Positions 9,613-15,429 of a stretch of 64,000 bases of DNA are shown here, piece by piece. The DNA is from Candidatus Omnitrophota bacterium (GTDB lineage Bacteria > Omnitrophota > Gorgyraeia > Zapsychrales > Fredricksoniimonadaceae): NCBI GenBank assembly GCA_028865345.1, contig JAGWKL010000007.1, positions 6,089 through 70,088 of the forward strand, read 5' to 3'. The notes under the pieces were generated by a model, which worked only from the letters and a program-made list of their open reading frames with translations, was not told the origin of the DNA and searched no databases. The number at the start of each line of letters is the position of its first letter. Position 1 is the stretch's first letter. Position numbers and translations under genes: made by a program.

Positions 9613-9981
9613 TTATTCAGACTGTTGATTCCCGCTGTCATAATTACTGTACGTTTGATTCTCAGACCCGGTCCTGATCCTGTTGTTGGCGGAATCCTGT
9701 GCGACCAAGTCGTGCCCTAAGCGTTTAGCACTAACGCTGTTGCTGGATACGTCATAATTGCTCTGCATGTAATATGGCTCATACTGCGTGTCATTGCCCA
9801 GACCGATATCCGAGTTGCCGGTGGCATTGGCCATATACGTTGCTGCATCGTGGATACGGGCTTGTATGGCGCGCTGGGCATAGGTCTGCATGGCAATGAT
9901 GCCTGCGACCACCAGGGCGATCAAAAGCGCGTATTCCGCGAAGTGTTGTCCTTTTTTATTCTTAAGGAAATTTCTCAACAT
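9613..9981 (-). CDS. flp: Flp-type pilin paralog 3 (122 aa)
   Basis: MLRNFLKNKKG|QHFAEYALLIALVVAGII; GGAGG RBS. Shares ARIHDA..YEPYYMQ motifs with paralog 6. Confidence 0.7.
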   Translation of the reverse strand: MLRNFLKNKKGQHFAEYALLIALVVAGIIAMQTYAQRAIQARIHDAATYMANATGNSDIGLGNDTQYEPYYMQSNYDVSSNSVSAKRLGHDLVAQDSANNRIRTGSENQTYSNYDSGNQQSE

Positions 9982-10027
9982 AAGTTCCTCCTATATTAGT
10001 TCGTAGAGATTTTGTTTAAGCTCCTCG

Positions 10028-10276
10028 CTATTGAGTCGGATTGACACTATAGCCAGAGGGAGCGCCACTGTCGGTACTGGTGTATGCGCCATGTGAACCG
10101 GCATACTGTGACGTTTCACTGTTCATTTCCGTCACCGCCGCGTTGTAGGTGCTGTTGAGCGTGTTCTGGAACGGACCGTTTTTGCTGGTCACAAAGGCCA
10201 CAATAACGATAAGGACCGCGGTCACAACCAGGATGTATTCCACCGTGATTTGACCTCTTTTGTTCTTTATATGCAT
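10028..10276 (-). CDS. flp: Flp-type pilin paralog 2 (~82 aa)
   Basis: Track ORF 10028..10288 starts MEGIM, but GGAGGGGATTATG shows those codons are the RBS. True start is MHIKNKRG|QITVEY at 10276. Confidence 0.7.
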   Translation of the reverse strand: MHIKNKRGQITVEYILVVTAVLIVIVAFVTSKNGPFQNTLNSTYNAAVTEMNSETSQYAGSHGAYTSTDSGAPSGYSVNPTQ

Positions 10277-10348
10277 AATCCCCTCCAAAATTCCCGTACT
10301 GCATCCTCCACGTAAATTAAACGCCGTGTAAAGGAACAGGGAATATAG

Positions 10349-10504
10349 TTAATTCAACGAATCCTCAGTAATCATCTTCTGTTGGGCTTGCACGGAACGG
10401 AACACGTAGGTGCTCAACAGCGCCAAGGCTGCTGAGATCAAGGCCACGACGATCGCGTATTCGATCAAGTTTTGTGCTTTGATACCGTTTAATTTTCGGA
10501 TCAT
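10349..10504 (-). CDS. flp: Flp-type pilin paralog 1 (51 aa), not in ORF track
   Basis: Manually translated: MIRKLNGIKA|QNLIEYAIVVALISAALALLSTYVFRSVQAQQKMITEDSLN. 156 nt ATG..TAA, below the 60-aa cutoff of the track. Canonical-size Flp with Ala at -1. First gene of the pilin array. Confidence 0.6.
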   Translation of the reverse strand: MIRKLNGIKAQNLIEYAIVVALISAALALLSTYVFRSVQAQQKMITEDSLN

Positions 10505-10548
10505 CGCCCCTTACCTTTACGTGCCAGAAGATCAATTAGACCTTCCCC

Positions 10549-10567
10549 CTGCTTGTTGTTCAAGCAG
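10549..10567 (-). promoter_or_regulatory. Inverted repeat in 5' leader of first flp gene
   Basis: CTGCTTG-TTGTT-CAAGCAG (7-bp arms) about 45 nt upstream of the flp1 ATG. Confidence 0.3.
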
Positions 10568-10606
10568 GAGCGAGGAAAAACTAAAACACTAACTGGTCTT
10601 TCATCT

Positions 10607-10630
10607 ATGTAAAAGCCCCTAAGGGCTGTC
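10607..10630 (-). terminator. Putative rho-independent terminator after the 373-aa HTH gene
   Basis: On the minus strand, AGCCC-TTAG-GGGCT stem followed by TTTTACAT. Short 5-bp stem. Confidence 0.35.
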
Positions 10631-10733
10631 GGTACAATTGATGTTTACTTTGGTAGAAGTATGCCATATATAATAAAGCCTGTCAACCCCGCGGAAACAA
10701 AAATAACCCGCTCCCCGATTCGGCGACTAAAGC

Positions 10734-11855
10734 CTAATCTTTTAAAATTTCGACCTTAACCAGCCTATTTTGGTCATCATGCAGATACATCGCATTTAAT
10801 TTCTCTGCGGCTTCATTGAGCATGGTAATATTCTCATAACTATTTGTCGTTAATATGTTTATTATATTAATTTCACTGTTGACCTTGTCGAATCCTTTCA
10901 ACTTTAATATATTATCCATAACATCATCGTTTACATTATGTTGTGTAAAAAAAATGTCTTTTGCTCTCTCTGAAACATTCTTTTTATAGCTCTCCACAAA
11001 TACAATATCTTTTAACATAAAAACTCTTTTACACTCCACAATTTCATCGAAATATGCTATAACATTGTCTTTGTAATCCACTATCAAAATTTTTGTAATT
11101 TTGAGCCCGGCTTGAGCATCCATGCAAGATTTAAAAAGCATTTCATCCGAAACTCTATGAACTACCAGCGGCCGGATATTATTAATAAGCCCGTCCACTG
11201 CTTCCATGATGCAACGTTCAATGGGGAGCGGCAGATCAATAAAGACCTCCTTGTTGTTTTCCAAAACAACCTTGATCCCTTTACAGTATGTCAGGCAATA
11301 TTCCCAATCCGTTCCCTTGACGTTCTCTTCTGAGAAAATTCCTAAATCCCAAAGTGCCGCCCTTAAAAAAACCCTTCCGGCCCCGTCGTATTCCGCAGAA
11401 ATCTCAAAACTTTCGGGCTTGATTTGCCGTTCTTCTGTAATCGTCGGGGCTTTTTCTTCTTCCGTCGATCCGGGGCCGGAGGACGGAGGCTCTTTATGAA
11501 CGTTTAGATCCTGGCCGCCCGCCTCCATTTCCTGAGAAACGCCTTTTGCCGAATCCGGCAGTACGCTGACTTCAGGAATAATTGTTTCCGGCAGCAATTT
11601 GACTTGGGAAAGGCTGGCCTGAATCTGCCTCTTCTTCTCTTGAGGTATTTCAAACTTATTTTTTGGCTTACGGCCGCGAGGCGTCATGATGCCCGCCTCT
11701 TTGAGCACATCATGGACCGACGATTTGGAAAGTTTAAGTCCGAACTTTTGAGAGGCTGATTCAGCTAATTGGCGGCAGGAAGCAAGAGGGTTGGCTTGTC
11801 GCTGGTTTATGATGAATCCGACAACCTCTTCCTTTAACTTATAGGTAACACCCAT
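10734..11855 (-). CDS. Hypothetical protein with N-terminal HTH-like domain (~373 aa), AT-rich
   Basis: Track ORF 10734..11951. The first 32 codons are AT-junk overlapping the XRE gene, so start taken at MGVTYKLKEEVVGFIINQRQANPLASCRQLAE (HTH-like, ~70 aa). Then an acidic low-complexity linker and an unrecognised ~230-aa C-terminal domain. GC content far below surrounding genes. Confidence 0.4.
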   Translation of the reverse strand: MGVTYKLKEEVVGFIINQRQANPLASCRQLAESASQKFGLKLSKSSVHDVLKEAGIMTPRGRKPKNKFEIPQEKKRQIQASLSQVKLLPETIIPEVSVLPDSAKGVSQEMEAGGQDLNVHKEPPSSGPGSTEEEKAPTITEERQIKPESFEISAEYDGAGRVFLRAALWDLGIFSEENVKGTDWEYCLTYCKGIKVVLENNKEVFIDLPLPIERCIMEAVDGLINNIRPLVVHRVSDEMLFKSCMDAQAGLKITKILIVDYKDNVIAYFDEIVECKRVFMLKDIVFVESYKKNVSERAKDIFFTQHNVNDDVMDNILKLKGFDKVNSEINIINILTTNSYENITMLNEAAEKLNAMYLHDDQNRLVKVEILKD

Positions 11856-11938
11856 AAAATTCCGTTCATAATAATGTCCAGTCTGGACATTATTATAACA
11901 AAAAAATATGGAGAAACAATTTAAAAAAAGGAATGATT

Positions 11939-12217
11939 TTATATTTCCCACATAACAATATTTTCAGAACTACTTTTTGCTTCTTTGTTCTGTTTGTGGT
12001 TTGATTTGGATCGCAGAAGATTTACAGGAGTGGTTTTGAGGGCCTTGGCGAGTTTTTCAATATTCAGCAGGGTAATATTTATTTCCGCCCGCTCTATCAT
12101 TCCGATGTAATTCCGATGAAGGTCCGCAAGTTCGGCAAGTTTTTCCTGAGAAATCCCTTGCCTGCGCCGCTCCATCCGTATCTTCTTGCCGAAGCTTATA
12201 AGTAATCTTTTATTCAT
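11939..12217 (-). CDS. XRE-family helix-turn-helix transcriptional regulator (92 aa)
   Basis: RRRQGISQEKLAELADLHRNYIGMIERAEINITLLNIEKLAKAL is a classic Cro/C1-type HTH. AT-rich, co-located with the 373-aa HTH gene. Confidence 0.6.
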   Translation of the reverse strand: MNKRLLISFGKKIRMERRRQGISQEKLAELADLHRNYIGMIERAEINITLLNIEKLAKALKTTPVNLLRSKSNHKQNKEAKSSSENIVMWEI

Positions 12218-12525
12218 TGATTTCCCTAAATTTGCGTGTAGTATATATATTTACTTTCATTATTTCTACACAGCATCGTGTGGACTATTATATTAGTCAC
12301 AACATTAAGATAAGATGAAAAACAGGGTGAGGAGCAAAAGCGGAGAAAAGCGTGACTCTTCCCAAATCACGGCGTGAAATATTTAAGATCGACCAAATGA
12401 AAATGGTCTGGAAAATCGGGGACAACGAAGTCCGCTGCGACGGCGCGGTCCACTATGTCTGGGTCCCCTCTGCGGACCATGTGCAGCAAATCGGCCCCTG
12501 TGACTGCAAAAGCAAGTCCAAAAAA

Positions 12526-12861
12526 TCATAGCCGGACCTGGTCACCGATCCGTGTTTGAGAAGCAATGATGGTCCCCGCCGGCAATTCGATGGCGTAGGA
12601 TGCCCGGAAGAATACCGGCGACAGGCGGAAAGGTTTGATCCCCTCGCAAAGCCCCACCACCTTGTCCTTCCGGTCGCAAAAGATCACATCAATAGGAAAT
12701 TTCATAAAAAACATATGGATGGATTCGCAATGGGGAATGACCAGGGCGTGATTCAGGGGGAGTTGGGTCCTTCCAAGCAATCCCTTCGAACGCTGCCAGA
12801 AATTCCGGGCGGTTTCGACGGAGGAGGCAATAACGGTGTCGCGGGTTGCGTTACAGATCAT
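12526..12861 (-). CDS. DUF192 (COG1430) family protein (111 aa)
   Basis: Sequence family resemblance only. 4-nt overlap with the upstream CpaE-CpaF gene suggests translational coupling. Confidence 0.45.
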   Translation of the reverse strand: MICNATRDTVIASSVETARNFWQRSKGLLGRTQLPLNHALVIPHCESIHMFFMKFPIDVIFCDRKDKVVGLCEGIKPFRLSPVFFRASYAIELPAGTIIASQTRIGDQVRL

Positions 12862-15023
12862 ACGCCGGCGGGGGCCTCAAAAATGGTCTTGCTGATCGAA
12901 ATCCCGCGGGTGGTCAGGTCTTCAAAACATTTGGGCACATAGCCGGTGGCCGCGTATTCCCCCATGTTCCGGCCTTCTGCGTCGACGCCTTTCTGGACGA
13001 ACACAAAGATGTCCTTGATCTCCGGAAGACCTTCCACCATCTTTCCGGTCAGCTCGGAGATCTGGGTCACCTTGCGCGACCCGTCGGAAAAACGGTTGAT
13101 CTGCACAATGATGTGGATCGCTGAGGCGGCCATCTCATAAATAGCGCGCAGCGGCAGTTCGATGCCCGACAAAAGGACCATGGACGACATACGCGACAGG
13201 GTGTCCCTGGTCGTATTGGCATGCAGGGTCGTCAGGGACCCGTCGTGACCGGTATTCATGGCCTGCAGCATGTCCAGCACTTCGGGCCCGCGGCACTCGC
13301 CGATGATGATCCTGTCCGGACGCATACGCAGCGTATTGACGAAAAGCTCCCTGATCGTCACCTTGCCCCGGCCTTCGATGTTGGCCGGACGGCTTTCCAG
13401 CCTCGCCCAATGTGTTTTGACCAGGCGCAATTCCGCTGCGTCTTCGATGGTGATAATGCGTTCATTGTCCGGGATGAAATGGGAAATGATGTTCAGAAGC
13501 GTCGTTTTACCCGCGCCCGTCCCGCCGGAGACGACGATGTTCCTGCGGCCGATAACGCAGGCGTTCAGAAAATCCGCCATGGGCTGCGAAAGGCTTTTGA
13601 ACCGCGTCAGCAAGTCCTCAATGGTATAGCGGTCCTGTGAAAATTTACGCACGGTGATCATGGGCCCGTTCAGGGACAACGGCGGGATGATCGCGTTGAT
13701 ACGGGACCCGTCGGACAGGCGCGCGTCGACCATCGGGGTCGATTCGTCCACACGACGGCCTAAAGGAGCTATGATACGGTCGATCGTGGCGCGGACCTGA
13801 TCGTTGGAAATAAACCGCTTGTTGGTCAAATAAATCTTGCCGTTTTTTTCTATGAAGACCTCGTCTTTATTATTGACCATGATGTCCGTGACGCTTTCGT
13901 CGGCCAGAAAGTCTTCCAGAGGGCCAAGCCCCAAAGCTTCGTCGACGATTTCCTTGACTATTTTAGCGCGTTCCTCATGGGTGGAAAGGAAGGTCCCCGA
14001 GGCCTCCGCCAAAAGCTCGGTGACGACTTTTTCGGCGGCCCTGCGCAGGTTGGCGACTTGGGCAGGATCATTCAAGACCTCCTGCGACATTTTCTGCAGG
14101 TTCATGCGCTCAACCAAACCGTTATGCACGGCGCGCTTGACTTTAATGACCTCGTCTTCCTCTTTTTTGAAATCGACCCCGGCATCGACGCCCGCAGGCG
14201 TGATGCCGAATTTCTCCCAAAAGGCGTTGCTCTTTTGGCCCGATTCATCCCCGGTGGCACGCACCCTGAGGACATCGCTGGCCTGCACATACAGCTTATC
14301 ATCGTTGAGCGCATGGGCGATCTCAAAAAAACATTCCGACACCTTTGCCTTCGGGCTGTCCATGACACAGGGAACGCCCCGGTTGAGGGCGAGGCCCACC
14401 GTCTTGCCGTCAGAAGGTATCAAAGAGAAAACGTCGCAGGCCAGGGCTTTCTTGACCTCCTGCCAGGCGACACCGCCGCGGCTTTCGGCGCGGTTTAAAA
14501 TCAGGTTTACCATCTTCAACGGATAATGCAAGCCCTGGAGGATGTCCAGGCAGGTCTTCACCTGGTAAACCGCCAGGACATCGGGAGTGCCGACCAAAAA
14601 AATGAGGTTGGAAGAATCCAGGACGCTGATGAAGCTTTCACTGAAGGTGCTTCCTCCGTCGACAATAATGCAGTCGAATTGAGGGGCCGCCTTCTTGAAA
14701 AACAGACGCAGATTATCGGAGGTGATGTGGCCGATCTGCTGGGGGGTTCTTACCGCAGGCAGGAAACACAGGCCGCTCGGGTGGGGGATGCATTTGCCCT
14801 TCAGCGTCTCAGGCGATCTCTCCAGGTCCGCCAAAATATCGACCAGGCAAAGCGACGGTTGCAAATTCAGCATGCGCGACATGTCCTGGGAAGCCTGAAG
14901 ATTCAGGTCAACGATCAGTGTCTTTTTGCCCTTAAGGCTAAGCGCACAGGCTATATTGACGGCAATAAAGGTCTTTCCAACCCCTCCTTTGTTGCCGAAT
15001 ATGGTAATGATTCTGGCCGCCAT
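12858..15023 (-). CDS. cpaF: CpaE/TadZ-like ParA ATPase fused to CpaF/TadA secretion ATPase (721 aa)
   Basis: N-terminal ~260 aa: IITIFGNKGGVGKTFIAVNIACALS is the MinD/ParA deviant Walker A typical of CpaE/TadZ. C-terminal ~460 aa: GGTGAGKTTLLN Walker A, GECRG, TGHDGSLTTLHAN His-box are T2SS-E/CpaF/TadA hallmarks. No receiver-like domain. Confidence 0.75.
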   Translation of the reverse strand: MAARIITIFGNKGGVGKTFIAVNIACALSLKGKKTLIVDLNLQASQDMSRMLNLQPSLCLVDILADLERSPETLKGKCIPHPSGLCFLPAVRTPQQIGHITSDNLRLFFKKAAPQFDCIIVDGGSTFSESFISVLDSSNLIFLVGTPDVLAVYQVKTCLDILQGLHYPLKMVNLILNRAESRGGVAWQEVKKALACDVFSLIPSDGKTVGLALNRGVPCVMDSPKAKVSECFFEIAHALNDDKLYVQASDVLRVRATGDESGQKSNAFWEKFGITPAGVDAGVDFKKEEDEVIKVKRAVHNGLVERMNLQKMSQEVLNDPAQVANLRRAAEKVVTELLAEASGTFLSTHEERAKIVKEIVDEALGLGPLEDFLADESVTDIMVNNKDEVFIEKNGKIYLTNKRFISNDQVRATIDRIIAPLGRRVDESTPMVDARLSDGSRINAIIPPLSLNGPMITVRKFSQDRYTIEDLLTRFKSLSQPMADFLNACVIGRRNIVVSGGTGAGKTTLLNIISHFIPDNERIITIEDAAELRLVKTHWARLESRPANIEGRGKVTIRELFVNTLRMRPDRIIIGECRGPEVLDMLQAMNTGHDGSLTTLHANTTRDTLSRMSSMVLLSGIELPLRAIYEMAASAIHIIVQINRFSDGSRKVTQISELTGKMVEGLPEIKDIFVFVQKGVDAEGRNMGEYAATGYVPKCFEDLTTRGISISKTIFEAPAGV

Positions 15024-15140
15024 AATGAATTTTTATTGTACCATATTTTTTGATTTTGTCGCAGATAAAAAAGAGGTCGCTTTGCCTTCCCCCTAACTCG
15101 GGAGGTAGCGTGTCCCTTTGATGAAATTCTAATGGCAAAA

Positions 15141-15300
15141 TTCTTTCTCGGCGTCGGCTCGCAGGGGGGCAAATTTCTTTTGAACATCAGCTTGCACAGG
15201 GGTAAATTCTTTTTGGACATCAGCCTGCAAAGGGGCGAATTCTTTCTCGGCGTCGGCCCTCAGGGGAATAAATTCTTTCTCAACATCTGCCGCCTGCAGT
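15141..15300. repeat. 33-bp tandem repeat (~4.8 copies) forming 11-aa repeats in ORFs on both strands
   Basis: Units TTCTTTCTCGGCGTCGGC..CAGGGG..AAA alternate between A/B subtypes (A-B-B-A-B). Minus frame gives ADxEKEFxPLx repeats (track ORF 15129..15611). Plus frame gives GKFFLxISLxR repeats (track ORF 15132..15476, ATG start, GC3 ~74% versus ~45% on the minus frame). Confidence 0.6.
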
Positions 15301-15429
15301 TCACGGCATTGGGGCCCTTTGGCCTTATCACAGGGGCTTTGTGCGGAAGCGCCCGAAGAAATCTGTGCCCCGCAAGGGCAAGGGACGCAAAGGATCAACC
15401 AGAAAATTACTGTAGTCAGGTACAGGTAA

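Noticed and set aside
10515-10540. Sigma54-type promoter upstream of the first flp gene (TGGCAC present on the minus strand)
   Set aside because: The -24 GG/TGGCAC element is present. The -12 element 5 nt downstream reads GGTAA rather than TTGC(A/T). No EBP/NtrC-family activator gene is nearby. Left as unsupported.
11856-11951. N-terminal 32 codons of track ORF 10734..11951 (MGNIKSFLFLNCFSIFFCYNNVQTGHYYERNF)
   Set aside because: Extremely AT-rich, overlaps the 3' end of the XRE gene, and encodes a Phe/Asn/Cys-rich peptide unlike the rest of the protein. The internal ATG at 11855 is a more credible start.
10600-12300. Insertion sequence / transposon interpretation of the AT-rich island
   Set aside because: No transposase motifs (DDE, HUH, serine or tyrosine recombinase signatures) or terminal inverted repeats recognised by eye. 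The HTH N-terminus alone is insufficient, so it is reported as a compositional island rather than a mobile element.
12395-12532. 45-aa Cys-containing ORF (MKMVWKIGDNEVRCDGAVHYVWVPSADHVQQIGPCDCKSKSKKS) on the plus strand in the DUF192-XRE spacer
   Set aside because: No RBS. It lies antisense within what should be the 3' UTR/promoter region of the minus-strand operon. Unsupported by anything but an open frame. Possibly worth a Ribo-seq look but not called.
15141-15300. Possible CRISPR array (regular ~33-bp repeats)
   Set aside because: Units are directly tandem with no intervening unique spacers. The period is a multiple of 3, and it encodes 11-aa repeats. It is a coding minisatellite, not CRISPR. 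No cas genes in the window.
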